From Patescibacteria group bacterium (lineage in GTDB: Bacteria > Patescibacteriota > Minisyncoccia > Phycocordibacterales > Phycocordibacteraceae), in the NCBI GenBank assembly GCA_040388985.1, contig JAZKAU010000001.1, forward strand, positions 59,359-123,358: a stretch of 64,000 nt of DNA, written 5' to 3'. Each line of letters opens with the position of its first letter. The stretch's first letter is position 1. The position numbers and the translations under genes were made by a program. The notes below the pieces were generated by a model. The model was not told the DNA's origin, ran no database searches, and was given only the letters and a program-made list of their open reading frames with translations. This document shows, piece by piece, positions 12,271-25,214 of the stretch.

Positions 12271-13260
12271 ATGCCCCACACCTCATCTGCTCCTGCTCCT
12301 CATGTCCCCGGCGTTGCCCGCACCACTCCCAAGGATTTCTTCCTCTGGCTTGGCGCTATCATCGCGCTCTATGGAAGCATTACGGCTTTTATCACCCTTC
12401 TGTACCAGTACGTTGACTACGCCTTCCCGGACGCTCTTGCAAGCTATGCCGACCCGTACGGTGCAGTGGTTCGCACGAGCATGGCGAGCCTCATCGTCCT
12501 TGCGCCCACCTGCGTCATCCTCTTTCGCCTCATCCGCAGGAACATCGTGGAAGATGCGAGCCGCGCGGATATCTGGGTGCGCAAATGGGCGCTCGTACTC
12601 ACTATCTTCATCGCAACCGCGACCATCCTCATTGATCTCATCACGCTCTTGAACACGTTCCTCGGAGGCGAGATAACCACCCGCTTCGGCCTCAAGGTGC
12701 TTATCATTCTGCTCGTCGCGGTCGGCATCTTCCTACATTTCTTGGCGGATCTCAAAGGCTACTGGGCACTCTGGCCTCGGCGCGCGAACGCGGCCGGCAT
12801 CGCCTTTGCTCTTGTCGCGCTTGTCGCCGTAGTTGCCGGCTTCTTCATCATCGGAACGCCGCAGCAGGCACGCCTGCTGCGGTATGACGAGCAGAAGATA
12901 AGCGATCTGCAGAATATCCAGTATCAAGTCCTCAACTACTGGCAGCTCAAGCGTTCATTGCCCGCGTCCCTCGACACCCTTACTGACCCTCTCTCCGGCT
13001 ACAATGTGCCCGCTGATCCTCAGGCAGGAGATGTCTACGAATACACCGCGACGGGACCCCTCGCCTTCAAGCTCTGTGCGACCTTCAATCGGACAAGCGC
13101 CGATACGAAAGGGCGCGGCAGCTATCCGGGGGACTCGTCGGTGGTGTATCCTTCTTATGGCGATCCGCAGCAGGGCAACTTCACCCACGCAGCAGGCCAT
13201 GTATGCTTTGACCGAACCATAGACCCTGAGCGCTATCCTGTCGTGGGCAAACCTATATAG
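12271..13260 (+). CDS. Multi-TM membrane protein (DUF5671-like) with C-terminal extracytoplasmic domain
   Basis: PKDFFLWLG N-terminus, five TM helices, GTPQQARLLRYDEQKISDL. Confidence 0.75.
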   Translation: MPHTSSAPAPHVPGVARTTPKDFFLWLGAIIALYGSITAFITLLYQYVDYAFPDALASYADPYGAVVRTSMASLIVLAPTCVILFRLIRRNIVEDASRADIWVRKWALVLTIFIATATILIDLITLLNTFLGGEITTRFGLKVLIILLVAVGIFLHFLADLKGYWALWPRRANAAGIAFALVALVAVVAGFFIIGTPQQARLLRYDEQKISDLQNIQYQVLNYWQLKRSLPASLDTLTDPLSGYNVPADPQAGDVYEYTATGPLAFKLCATFNRTSADTKGRGSYPGDSSVVYPSYGDPQQGNFTHAAGHVCFDRTIDPERYPVVGKPI

Positions 13261-13296
13261 GTCTGACCTTGTGCGGCGATATCGTACTTCCTAGAT

Positions 13297-16194
<2,898 letters not shown>

Positions 16195-16366
16195 TGAACG
16201 ACTTGACAGGCTCGTATTTTGTATCGGAGTAAACATCAATAATATGGCTTATCTAAGCCATATTATTATCCACAAGGACACAAAAATAGGGTGAAAATGC
16301 TTGACAGCGAGACCCTTGCCATGATAGGGTATCTAGGCAGAAGCGGCGTAAGCCGTTTTTGCGTTT

Positions 16367-16987
16367 ATGCCTTTCCTCATACCCGTTCTGGTGGGCCTTC
16401 TGGTCTTGCCGGCTAGCGTTATGGCTCCCGCCGAAACTGCGCATGCAGCGGCGCCAGCAGTCATGGCGAGCACGACACCGGTCGTGCAACTACCGGCTCC
16501 GAAGCTTGTAATCGCTCCCGTAGCAATTCCTGCCTTCACGACCAAACTCACCGCATATAATGCCGTTCCGTCGCAAACTGATAACAACCCGTTTACGACT
16601 GCGTCCGGCGCGTTCTCGAACCCCGAAGTTGTCGCGGCTCGCTCAGGCGATCTCGCATACAAGCTTCCGTACGGTACGGTCATCGCGATCGAGCGCACGA
16701 GTTCAGACAATCCTTCCTGCCTATACAGCAAGGTTGAGTCCCAGATCGGCTACCGCGTCATAGCGGATGCCATGAACCCGCGCATCACGAACACGATAGA
16801 CGTGCTTCTCGACCAGAACAAGACTGTTCCGGTAGGTGGAAGTCTGATTAACCCGGGACGTGCGCTCGGTCTCTGCGGAGCAGTTTCCATCCGCGTAGTG
16901 GGCAAGGTAGCCGTGAAGGATATTCCGGCGACTCAGGCTGAACTCGCCGCTATGGTAACTGGTTCGACAGAGCTCGCAGTGCGATAA
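16367..16987 (+). CDS. Secreted 3D-domain (MltA-like) cell-wall protein
   Basis: Signal peptide; TAYN..QTD.NPFTTASG, LPYGT, D.MN.R....DV. Confidence 0.8.
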   Translation: MPFLIPVLVGLLVLPASVMAPAETAHAAAPAVMASTTPVVQLPAPKLVIAPVAIPAFTTKLTAYNAVPSQTDNNPFTTASGAFSNPEVVAARSGDLAYKLPYGTVIAIERTSSDNPSCLYSKVESQIGYRVIADAMNPRITNTIDVLLDQNKTVPVGGSLINPGRALGLCGAVSIRVVGKVAVKDIPATQAELAAMVTGSTELAVR

Positions 16988-17003
16988 GTTTCGTTACTTT
17001 AGC

Positions 17004-17046
17004 CAAAAGAACCCATGCCGCCCTTCCGGGCGACTGGGTTCTTTTG
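17004..17046 (+). terminator. Intrinsic terminator
   Basis: CAAAAGAACCCA..TGGGTTCTTTTG hairpin. Confidence 0.7.
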
Positions 17047-17103
17047 CGTTGCAACACATGTGAAAATTCTATCCCTAAGTCAAGTAAGGTATTATAAGTT
17101 TAT

Positions 17104-17817
17104 ATGAATGCCACCCTTCCAAACATCTCGTGGAAGTCAGTTCTCGTCGGGATGCTAGTAGGTGGGGTATTAGTATTTGCGGCCTTTCAGTTAATCAATT
17201 CGACACAGAAGTCAGCCATGATTCAACAGGGGACCTTGCCTGCGAACACAGCATCCAGTACAAAAAAGATTCACTGGAGAGTTCCGGGGAATCAAGCATT
17301 TTTTAATATAGATGCGCAGGTACCGATGAACTGGAGTGTAAGCGGCTATGACTCATCAGGAACAAGCCGATTGGAACATGAATCAGACGGCTCATGGTCC
17401 ACTGAAGTAGGAACGCCAGTCCTATCAGTCTCGCCAAATATTACCTTGGCGTTATCACCGACCGCACCAAGCAACCCTGGAGGCCAGATTGATATATATG
17501 TCTTTGGGAAAGATACTCCTCATCTCTCGGAACTTTATGATCCCAAGCGTAGAGCTGGTGATGTCACTACCACATCGCTTGAAAAGGTCGGCCCCTATAC
17601 CGCAGAAGTAATAACCTGCTGTCATGATGATAGGAATCCTTCAGCTTCTTACGTTAAGAATCTTGATAAGACGTATATAATTCGATTTACCGATGATCCA
17701 GCACTTGGAGCTGTAACTTTTGACGTCCGTACAGAAGGTCTTACACCGCAGGAAGTGCAGGAATATGAAGAGGTAATCAACTCGCTTCGATTCTCAACGC
17801 AGACAAGTAATGACTAA
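17104..17817 (+). CDS. Membrane-anchored hypothetical protein (AT-richer patch)
   Basis: N-terminal TM helix; 237-aa ORF; TATTAT -10-like box just upstream. Confidence 0.7.
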   Translation: MNATLPNISWKSVLVGMLVGGVLVFAAFQLINSTQKSAMIQQGTLPANTASSTKKIHWRVPGNQAFFNIDAQVPMNWSVSGYDSSGTSRLEHESDGSWSTEVGTPVLSVSPNITLALSPTAPSNPGGQIDIYVFGKDTPHLSELYDPKRRAGDVTTTSLEKVGPYTAEVITCCHDDRNPSASYVKNLDKTYIIRFTDDPALGAVTFDVRTEGLTPQEVQEYEEVINSLRFSTQTSND

Positions 17818-17879
17818 AGGGAAAGTATGAAATTCTCAACGTTATTCGGTACAGCCGACAACTTTCATGTAATTTACTT

Positions 17880-18278
17880 ATGAAGCCAGATCCGCGCTTA
17901 CATCACGCCGCAAAGCGAATACGACCAGGAAGTCTTGAAAACGTACTTGAAATGTTTGAAATTCTAGGATGCAAGCCATCATATCAGCCAAAAGGTACGA
18001 GATGGGTAATGCTCGCTCAAGACGGGCTTGATTTTGATATTCAACTAATTGAAGTAGAAGGAACACCATTAGAAGGTGAGGCGCGGCGAGATTCTCAAAT
18101 CTCCTTCGTGTCTCAGAGTCCGCTCGAGCATATTGAGAAAGTACGTCTTTGGGCTGAAGAGAAAAAGCTTACTTTTCTTCATAAATCTTGGAATGAACAC
18201 GAACACTACTTTGACTTACCAGGGCTCTTTGTGGATTGGGTAGTAGAGATCATGCATGTATCCGTAGTGGGTGAGTAG
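17880..18278 (+). CDS. VOC/glyoxalase-like protein
   Basis: LHHAA..FE.LG..DIQLIE..QISFVS..VVEI pattern. Confidence 0.6.
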   Translation: MKPDPRLHHAAKRIRPGSLENVLEMFEILGCKPSYQPKGTRWVMLAQDGLDFDIQLIEVEGTPLEGEARRDSQISFVSQSPLEHIEKVRLWAEEKKLTFLHKSWNEHEHYFDLPGLFVDWVVEIMHVSVVGE

Positions 18279-18311
18279 GATTCCAGCACGTCCAAGGTTC
18301 AGGGTATAATC

Positions 18312-18611
18312 ATGCATATGACACCGGGAGAACATCTACTTGCTATTGCAGACGCCGGACTCGCGTTCTCTGACCTACCGGCAGAAGACTCGAGACTTGG
18401 CATACTCCTTGATATAGAGAACATACTGGATAAAGGCAGGGGATATGCCAATTTGGAAGAGCGTTCACTGGTAAATAAGAAAATGGACGAACTGCGCGGC
18501 AGGATAAGAACCATTCTCGACTCCATACCAACTGAAGAGGCGATGGCATTTATGACGCAACGAGGGCGCGGAGCACAGAATCAGTTCGCCATTACCGGCA
18601 GACCGGAGTAG
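18312..18611 (+). CDS. Hypothetical protein
   Basis: 99-aa ORF with TATAAT directly upstream. Confidence 0.6.
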   Translation: MHMTPGEHLLAIADAGLAFSDLPAEDSRLGILLDIENILDKGRGYANLEERSLVNKKMDELRGRIRTILDSIPTEEAMAFMTQRGRGAQNQFAITGRPE

Positions 18612-18655
18612 GGTACGAGGTTTCTATCTTAATTTGCATCAACGGAATTTCTGCT

Positions 18656-18850
18656 TTACTGCAAGCTGACGAGCGCAAGCACGATTATCGTCATGGCGCC
18701 GAATATAGCGAGAGTCTTCAGGAAGTAGGATACGGCTTCGGCTCTTTTGTGCTCCAGGAGCCTGAGTACGGGCTGATAGAAGAAGAGAAAGGCCATGACC
18801 GCTACTGGAGCGATACAGGAACCGAGAGATACAGTTTGGAGTTCGAGACC
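18656..18850 (-). pseudogene. C-terminal fragment of a small membrane protein
   Basis: Frame reads ...VAVMAFLFFYQPVLRLLEHKRAEAVSYFLKTLAIFGAMTIIVLALVSLQ*; an upstream in-frame stop means no N-terminal half. Confidence 0.45.
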
Positions 18851-18925
18851 TGTCTGAGCGGATTCGGACTAACGGGGAAATAATCACTTAAGGGTAGCTT
18901 TGCATATAGTTCCCCCTTATGAATA

Positions 18926-18954
18926 TTGACAGATATCATTTAACAGGTTACTAT
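18926..18954 (+). promoter_or_regulatory. Sigma70-type promoter
   Basis: TTGACA-17 nt-TACTAT upstream of the 19083 ORF. Confidence 0.65.
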
Positions 18955-19082
18955 CCGCGCAGACATTCCGCTTAGACAGGGTACGGAAGGTTCTAGCAAT
19001 AAGCAGCTTCAGCAGGCTCTTTATTGCTAGAACGTTCTAGCACCGCTGCCTCGGGCACGGTTCATTTTCAAGGGGAATCCCA

Positions 19083-19754
19083 ATGCGCAGCAAATTCATC
19101 GGTACCGCCATCATCTTCGCCGCCGCGTTCGCCCTCTCCGGCTGCACCAAGACCGAAACCTATGCGCCCTCGACCGACGGCGAGAACAAGACGCCGATCG
19201 TGCTGACCGGCGCCGACGTTCGCGTCTTCAACGGCCCGCTCGAAGCCGCCGTCCAGCCGGGCGGCGCCTCGTTCGAGTCGATGCTCCGGCAGGCGAACAT
19301 CAGCTATGACGCGGCCATTCCGGACGCGATCGCCGATGGCAACCTCAAGGATCACGAGTATGCGCCGGCGAAGACGCCGACGTTGCGCGCGGTCACGCTC
19401 GAAGATCTGGTCCCGGACCGTGACGACAATCACGGCAATCGCGACGTGATCGTCCCGACGTCCGTGGTGTTGGAACTGCTCAAGGTCAGCCATCTGCGTC
19501 CCGCGACCTACGTCCAGGCGGGCCAGTATGGCCTCGTTTCGGACGTGGATGGCCGTCGCAGCGGCTGCAACGGCCGCCTGGTCGCCCTCGGTTCGGAAAC
19601 GGGCGACGGTCGGTTCGTCGTCTTCGACGACGGCTGCCGCGCGGCACGGCTGATGGACCCCGACGGCAAGGGCCAGGGCTGGAAGATCGGCACCCGGTTC
19701 CTCGTGGTCGCCGACGAGCCGATGCCGGTCAAGCCCGAAACGTCCAAGCCGTAG
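19083..19754 (+). CDS. Orphan lipoprotein (GC-rich)
   Basis: Lipobox LSGC after a signal peptide; AAGGGGA SD; strongly GC3-biased codons. Confidence 0.75.
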   Translation: MRSKFIGTAIIFAAAFALSGCTKTETYAPSTDGENKTPIVLTGADVRVFNGPLEAAVQPGGASFESMLRQANISYDAAIPDAIADGNLKDHEYAPAKTPTLRAVTLEDLVPDRDDNHGNRDVIVPTSVVLELLKVSHLRPATYVQAGQYGLVSDVDGRRSGCNGRLVALGSETGDGRFVVFDDGCRAARLMDPDGKGQGWKIGTRFLVVADEPMPVKPETSKP

Positions 19755-19904
19755 GGCTGCGGCGCACTGCTCTTCCATTCCTCTAACCAACTACCAAGTT
19801 GGAAAGCCACCTCCCGTACGCGGAAGGTGGCTTTTCGCATATGGACTTGAAGTCGCGGTGAAAGAAAAGCTGACGTGATACGTCTGAATTGGTATACTCA
19901 ACCT

Positions 19905-21575
19905 ATGAAAACTGCACCTTACTTTATGACCATCTCGCGCGTATTCGCGCTTCTCATGATTATCGGCTTAGTAGGCGGTACATTCGCACCCTCCGCGCTT
20001 GCTGCCTCTTCTTCTTCGAAAACGACGAAACCCTCCTCGAGTTCCTCTACGCTCGAATTCTCAGGCTGGGTACCGTACTGGGCTACGGTAAAAGGTGCAG
20101 CTGATGCTGACGCGAATCTTTCCCAGCTTACGGAAGTGAATCCCTTCGGCTACACGGTAAAGTCGGACGGAAGCCTGAATGATGCGATGAGTCTCGGCAC
20201 CTCTGACTGGCAGAATCTGTTCAGGGACGCCCGGAAGAAAGGCGTGAAGATCGTACCTACCGTCATGTGGTCGGACACGAACGGTATCTACAACATACTG
20301 AGTAGTCCCGTGACGCGCACCGCGCATATCCAGTCGATCGTGAACGCAGTCAAACAAAACGGCTTCGACGGCGTCGACATCGACTATGAGGGCAAGAGCG
20401 CAGAGACCCGCGACGCGTATTCCGCCTTTCTCGGGGAACTTTCTGCAGCGCTCTACAAGGCAGATAAGAACGTGACGCTCGACTGTACCATCGAAGCGCG
20501 CATGCCGCTTTCCGCGCGCTATGCAGGAACGCCTCCCGCCAATATCGAGTACGCCAACGACCTGCCCAAGGTGAACCAGTACTGCGACCGCGTACGCGTC
20601 ATGACCTACGACCAGCAGACGGCCGACCTTCAGTTGAATGCTCAGCATTCAAGCGAGCTGTACGCGCCTGTCGCTGATACGGCCTGGGTAAAGAAGGTCG
20701 TAGACTATATGGGCTCGGATATAGATAAGAAGAAGATGGTCATCGGCGTGGCGACCTATGGCGCCGAATACCAGGCCATGAGCAATCAGGACGGCAGCGG
20801 CTTCACCTATACGAAGACGGCCTCGCTTAATCCTCAGTATGCCCTCGATACGGCGAAGCAGTACAGTATCACCCCCGTCCGGAACGCTTCAGGCGAGCTT
20901 TCATTCAGCTACGTTCCCCGCGAGCAGAGTTCCATGCTGCCGAGCAATCAGCAGCTTTCAGCGCTTGCTCCCAAGGGTACGCCTTCCGGACTTCTCGCAG
21001 CGCTCGGTGCTATCGCCTACGCGAAGACTCAGAATCGCCAGGCACCGGTCACCTTCCTGACCTGGAGCGACGCCACGGCTATACAGGACAAGGCAACTCT
21101 GGCAAAGAAGCTTGGCGTTGCCGGTATCGCTATTTTCAAGCTTGATGGCGGGGAAGACCCGGCCATGTGGGCTTCGCTTGCAAGCGTTGCTGCGCCTGCT
21201 CCTGCGGCAAGCGTATCGCGCGCGACGAATGCGCCTGTGCCGGTAATCGTTCCCGTAATCACGGGCACCACGACCCCTACGACGACGCCTGTCTCGACTA
21301 CGACAGTTCCTGTGCCTCCCACCACCCCGCCCGTCGTAAACACTCCTCCCGTATCAGCCGCGACTGCCTTTAAGACCGACCTTATGTTCGGCGCAGACGG
21401 TGCAGATGTGACCCGGCTTCAGAAGATACTTATTACCAAGGGCTACCTGAAGGCAAGCGCGAACGGCCACTTCGGTCCAGCCACTCTGGCCGCTCTCAAG
21501 GCCTGGCAGCAGGCTGCAGGCCTTCCAGCAACCGGGAACCTGGGTCCTCTGAGCCGCGCGAAGATAGCGAAGTAG
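19905..21575 (+). CDS. Secreted GH18 glycoside hydrolase with Pro/Thr linker and C-terminal peptidoglycan-binding domain
   Basis: FDGVDIDYE catalytic motif, MTYD; GADVTRLQ..GHFGPATLAALKAWQ PG_binding_1 motif. Confidence 0.9.
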   Translation: MKTAPYFMTISRVFALLMIIGLVGGTFAPSALAASSSSKTTKPSSSSSTLEFSGWVPYWATVKGAADADANLSQLTEVNPFGYTVKSDGSLNDAMSLGTSDWQNLFRDARKKGVKIVPTVMWSDTNGIYNILSSPVTRTAHIQSIVNAVKQNGFDGVDIDYEGKSAETRDAYSAFLGELSAALYKADKNVTLDCTIEARMPLSARYAGTPPANIEYANDLPKVNQYCDRVRVMTYDQQTADLQLNAQHSSELYAPVADTAWVKKVVDYMGSDIDKKKMVIGVATYGAEYQAMSNQDGSGFTYTKTASLNPQYALDTAKQYSITPVRNASGELSFSYVPREQSSMLPSNQQLSALAPKGTPSGLLAALGAIAYAKTQNRQAPVTFLTWSDATAIQDKATLAKKLGVAGIAIFKLDGGEDPAMWASLASVAAPAPAASVSRATNAPVPVIVPVITGTTTPTTTPVSTTTVPVPPTTPPVVNTPPVSAATAFKTDLMFGADGADVTRLQKILITKGYLKASANGHFGPATLAALKAWQQAAGLPATGNLGPLSRAKIAK

Positions 21576-21621
21576 GCTCTAGTTCGACTACTACCTGATC
21601 TGGAGTAGAATACTCACACGT

Positions 21622-22062
21622 ATGGCATCAGCACGGCGTTCGTATACTCCCATAAGCACGCCTCTCATGGTGAAGCGCTCCTATGCGGGTCTGGGCTTAT
21701 TCGCAGGAGCCGCTATCCCCAAGGGGGCCTGTATCATCGAATACGTAGGCCGGGAAGTATCTGATAAAGAGAAATACACGAGCAAGAGCCGGTATCTCTT
21801 CGAGATAAGCAAGACGAAGACTATAGATGGCAAGCCTGCCATAAACAAGGCGGGATATATCAATCACGCATGCAAGGCGAATGCTGAGCCGGTCATTCAT
21901 GATAAGCGCATATTCATCTTTGCGACGCGCGCCATAAGGCCCGGAGAAGAGATAACATATGACTATGGGAAGGAGTATGTAGACACCTATTGCAGCCCGT
22001 GTAAGTGCACGAGCTGTATGGAACAGGCTTCTAAAGGATCAGTCGCAAAAAGCAAGAAATAA
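21622..22062 (+). CDS. SET-domain protein-lysine methyltransferase-like
   Basis: GLGLFA, IIEYVG, INHAC..N, GEEITYDY, post-SET CKCTSC. Confidence 0.9.
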   Translation: MASARRSYTPISTPLMVKRSYAGLGLFAGAAIPKGACIIEYVGREVSDKEKYTSKSRYLFEISKTKTIDGKPAINKAGYINHACKANAEPVIHDKRIFIFATRAIRPGEEITYDYGKEYVDTYCSPCKCTSCMEQASKGSVAKSKK

Positions 22063-22075
22063 GGCTACCCCCCCT

Positions 22076-22363
22076 ATGAAAAAGCGACCGAAGCAGTATC
22101 GACAAGAAATCTACAACTTTATAGAGGATCGTCTCGGGCGCCTTCTTACTATCGACGAGCATGACGAGTTGCGCGATCTTATCTTCGACTACGTCTTCAG
22201 TACTCGTAATCTGCGCGCGGTACTCTCACGCACATTCTGCCGCCACGAGTGGGAGGTGGATAAGAAGGTTGAGGGGGGCGAGAGATTCCTTCTGTACGTG
22301 AAATGTGCGAAATGCGATACGCGCACATCTAAGAAGATGCCAACTCGCTCGGTGCGGCTCTGA
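22076..22363 (+). CDS. Hypothetical protein with a possible Zn-binding tail
   Basis: CRHEW...CAKC. Confidence 0.6.
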   Translation: MKKRPKQYRQEIYNFIEDRLGRLLTIDEHDELRDLIFDYVFSTRNLRAVLSRTFCRHEWEVDKKVEGGERFLLYVKCAKCDTRTSKKMPTRSVRL

Positions 22364-22374
22364 GAGCTGAAATC

Positions 22375-22501
22375 TTGAAGCCGTCAAAAAACCCGATATG
22401 CAAGGCGGAGCAGAACGAGAGCTCGAGTCGTACTAGGGCGTACGGTGAGAGCTCAAGTGATAGCGACAACGCAGCAGATCGGGGAATTTTGGCAGCTTCA
22501 A
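22375..22501 (+). repeat. Structured intergenic repeat, family A (copy 3)
   Basis: GATATGCAAGGCG..GAGCTC-GAGTCGTAC-tagggc-GTACGGTGA-GAGCTC..AACGCAGCAGA; terminal IR ttgaagccgtcaaaa/ttttggcagcttcaa. Confidence 0.75.
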
Positions 22502-23409
22502 TCGAAGAGAGTGCCTAAATAGCCGTCGATCTCTCGCTGGTCCAGTTCATAGAAATACTCGTCATCGTCGTGGAGCTTCTGGGCGAGCGCCGTTCCTACG
22601 AAGCGCCAATGCCAGGGCTCATATTGGTAATACGCGTTCTTCGGTGGGTAGGAAAGTATGAAGCCGTATTTCCAGGCATTATCCGTAAGCCAGGCGTATT
22701 CGCCGGTCTTGTCGAATCCGGCGAATGTCGTGCCGACCTTCGTGGTCGTGAAATCCAGTGCCGTGCCGAGCTGATGCTCCGAATATCCTTGATCGGCCGA
22801 GAAAGAGTTCGCGGTACCGGCACCATACGTCACGCGATAGCTTGATTTGAGACCAGCCTGAGTGTCGAAGGAGCGGTATGCGGATATAACTAAGATGTCC
22901 TGGCCGTCATCATGAGCATCTTTAAGTAATTGCTCAAGCCGTGGCTCAACCTGACCTTGCACTTTCAGTACGCGAGTCTTTTCATAATTATATTCGGAAG
23001 GTATGGGGGCAAGTACTAGCGGGACGTAGTTCTCGTTCAGGAAATATACCTTCGAATATTTCTTGAGGAGTTCAGCATCGGTATCTATGCGCTTCTGGAG
23101 GGCTGCCGCGGTCGAGGAAGAGGTCCTCGCTTCTATCGCTATCGCGTCAGCCCGCTCCTGTTCGTGGGTAAGCTGCCCCTCAAGCGATATCCTGGAGGCC
23201 GTCTCATCCGCGAGCTTCGCCTGCAAGTCGGTCGTCTCGGCAAGGTATGCCCGGGTGCTCGAAGCGAGCTCTGTTGAAAGAGCAGCGCGCTCGCGGGCAA
23301 GCGTATAGGTGCGCCAGCCAAGATAGCCGGCAGCGACGACTACGCAGAAAGAAAGTCCCGCAAGAGCATACAGAAGCGGACGAGGGAAGGTAGTAAGGAC
23401 GGAAGGCAT
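22498..23409 (-). CDS. M15B/VanY-type D-Ala-D-Ala carboxypeptidase with TM anchor and coiled coil
   Basis: SAYRS, SEHQLGTALD, YEPWHWRF. Confidence 0.92.
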   Translation of the reverse strand: MPSVLTTFPRPLLYALAGLSFCVVVAAGYLGWRTYTLARERAALSTELASSTRAYLAETTDLQAKLADETASRISLEGQLTHEQERADAIAIEARTSSSTAAALQKRIDTDAELLKKYSKVYFLNENYVPLVLAPIPSEYNYEKTRVLKVQGQVEPRLEQLLKDAHDDGQDILVISAYRSFDTQAGLKSSYRVTYGAGTANSFSADQGYSEHQLGTALDFTTTKVGTTFAGFDKTGEYAWLTDNAWKYGFILSYPPKNAYYQYEPWHWRFVGTALAQKLHDDDEYFYELDQREIDGYLGTLFD

Positions 23410-23510
23410 ACCCTCATACTGCCTGTACGGGCGGCTACGTCAAGCGAGGTCATGCGTGAACCTACCCCTTCATTTCTCATTCAGAGGCACTGTGCGTAAA
23501 ATAGAAGGAC

Positions 23511-24059
23511 GTGAAGAAACTACTTAGAAAGTATCTGTCCGCGGCGCTTATCCTGCTGTTCATTATCGCGTGGGCACTCGTACTTATCCTTATTCCGCCA
23601 AGCACCATCGTAGCTGCCGTTGGACCCGGCAATACCTATCTGGTCGGCTTCATCGTCGCCCTCGTCGCAGGATTCTCTGCCATTACCGGCACTACTGCCT
23701 ACGCCACCATCATCGAGTTTGCGCGCGGCGGAGCCGACCCACTCCTGCTCGGAGCCATAAGCGGCATCGGACTATTCATAAGCGATGCCGCTTTCTACGC
23801 GCTTGCACTGCGGGGGCGCCGGGTCGTGAGCCGCAAATGGAAGAAGCCCTTTGCGGTAGTTCGACGGATCATGGACCGGATTCCGGACGCGGCGGTGTAT
23901 GTGGGCGTCTTTGCCTTTGCGGCCTTCGGTCCTATTCCGAACGATGTCCTGCTGGTGGCGCTTATCGTGGGCGACTATGAGTTCAAAAGGTTCTGGCCGT
24001 TTCTCCTGGCGGGTGATCTTACGTTCATGCTCTTTCTGAGCTATATATTTCAGCCTTAA
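23511..24059 (+). CDS. Membrane protein (DedA/SNARE-associated-like)
   Basis: Multiple TM helices; GPIPNDV motif. Confidence 0.65.
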   Translation: MKKLLRKYLSAALILLFIIAWALVLILIPPSTIVAAVGPGNTYLVGFIVALVAGFSAITGTTAYATIIEFARGGADPLLLGAISGIGLFISDAAFYALALRGRRVVSRKWKKPFAVVRRIMDRIPDAAVYVGVFAFAAFGPIPNDVLLVALIVGDYEFKRFWPFLLAGDLTFMLFLSYIFQP

Positions 24060-24106
24060 TGAACAGCAGATATTAGCCTATAGCTAAAGGTGGCAGGGTA
24101 AACGTA

Positions 24107-24145
24107 TAGCAAAAAGGCGTCCGCTATGCGGACGCCTTTTTGCTA
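24107..24145. terminator. Bidirectional intrinsic terminator
   Basis: TAGCAAAAAGGCGTCCGC-tat-GCGGACGCCTTTTTGCTA between convergent genes. Confidence 0.85.
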
Positions 24146-24163
24146 AGACCTATATCCTGTTAC

Positions 24164-24724
24164 CTACTCGCTGCCCTTGATGGCCTTCAGCAGGGTGTCC
24201 GCATCCGAGACCGTAAACGGGTCCTCCGCGCAGTTGTCTGAGAAGCCCGGCTCTGCAAAGAGCTTCTCGATGATCCCGTCTTTTACGAGCATGGAATAGC
24301 GCCATGAGCGTTCACCGAAGCCCAGGTTAGACTTTGCCACCAGCATTCCCATGCCGCGCGTGAAGTCAGCATTTCCGTCCGGAAGCATCTGCACCTTAGT
24401 AACGCCGAGCGCGTCCGCCCACTTCTTCATTACAAAGGCGTCATTCACCGAGAGGCAGTAGACTTCATCCACGCCCGCTGCGCGGAAATCATCATACGCG
24501 GCTTCAAAGCCCGGCGCGTGCGTACTCGAGCAAGTCGGCGTAAAGGCACCGGGAAGACCGAAGACGACGACCGTCTTACCTTTGAAAATATCGTCGGTCG
24601 AGACATCCAGCCAGCGATACGGGTTCTCGCCGCCCACCGATTCGTCGCGCACGCGGGTCTTAAAGACCACCTTCGGCACGGTATCGCCCTCCTTCAGCTG
24701 AACCGGGGTATCCTTTTCGTTCAT
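24164..24724 (-). CDS. Peroxiredoxin (Prx5/PrxV type)
   Basis: PGAFTPTCS, SVNDAFVM, RSWRYSM. Confidence 0.95.
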   Translation of the reverse strand: MNEKDTPVQLKEGDTVPKVVFKTRVRDESVGGENPYRWLDVSTDDIFKGKTVVVFGLPGAFTPTCSSTHAPGFEAAYDDFRAAGVDEVYCLSVNDAFVMKKWADALGVTKVQMLPDGNADFTRGMGMLVAKSNLGFGERSWRYSMLVKDGIIEKLFAEPGFSDNCAEDPFTVSDADTLLKAIKGSE

Positions 24725-24860
24725 AGTAGTAAATAGGTGATGAATAAGTCCTTCTACTATAACAAAAGGCGCGGCAGAGAGTCCATGGAATCGTTCATCA
24801 TATGCTCATGAAGCTCATGCTCTACTATAACGAGTTATAAACATTCACTAACCCTACTCT

Positions 24861-25214
24861 ATGCATCCTTATACCGCACCAAGCACTAAGCCTCTGTATC
24901 GCGGTACCCAAGTCGTCTGGTATATCCTCGGCATTATCGAAGCTCTGCTCATCTTCCGCTTCATACTGAAGCTCCTAGGCGCTAATCCTGCCGCGGGCTT
25001 CACCCACTTCATATACTCCGTCGGCTATCCCTTCGTAGCTCCCTTCCAGAGCGTCTTCCGTACCAGCCAGGTATCCGGAAGCGTATTCGAGTGGTCTACG
25101 GTTCTTGCAATGGTCGTTTACTGGCTTATCGCGCTTGCGATTATCAGGCTATTCGTCATGAGCAAGGCGGTGACGACGCCGGAGGCGGCAGTGAAGCTCG
25201 AAGAACAAGAATAG
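24861..25214 (+). CDS. YggT family membrane protein
   Basis: LIFRFILKLLGANP..F.APF. Confidence 0.85.
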   Translation: MHPYTAPSTKPLYRGTQVVWYILGIIEALLIFRFILKLLGANPAAGFTHFIYSVGYPFVAPFQSVFRTSQVSGSVFEWSTVLAMVVYWLIALAIIRLFVMSKAVTTPEAAVKLEEQE

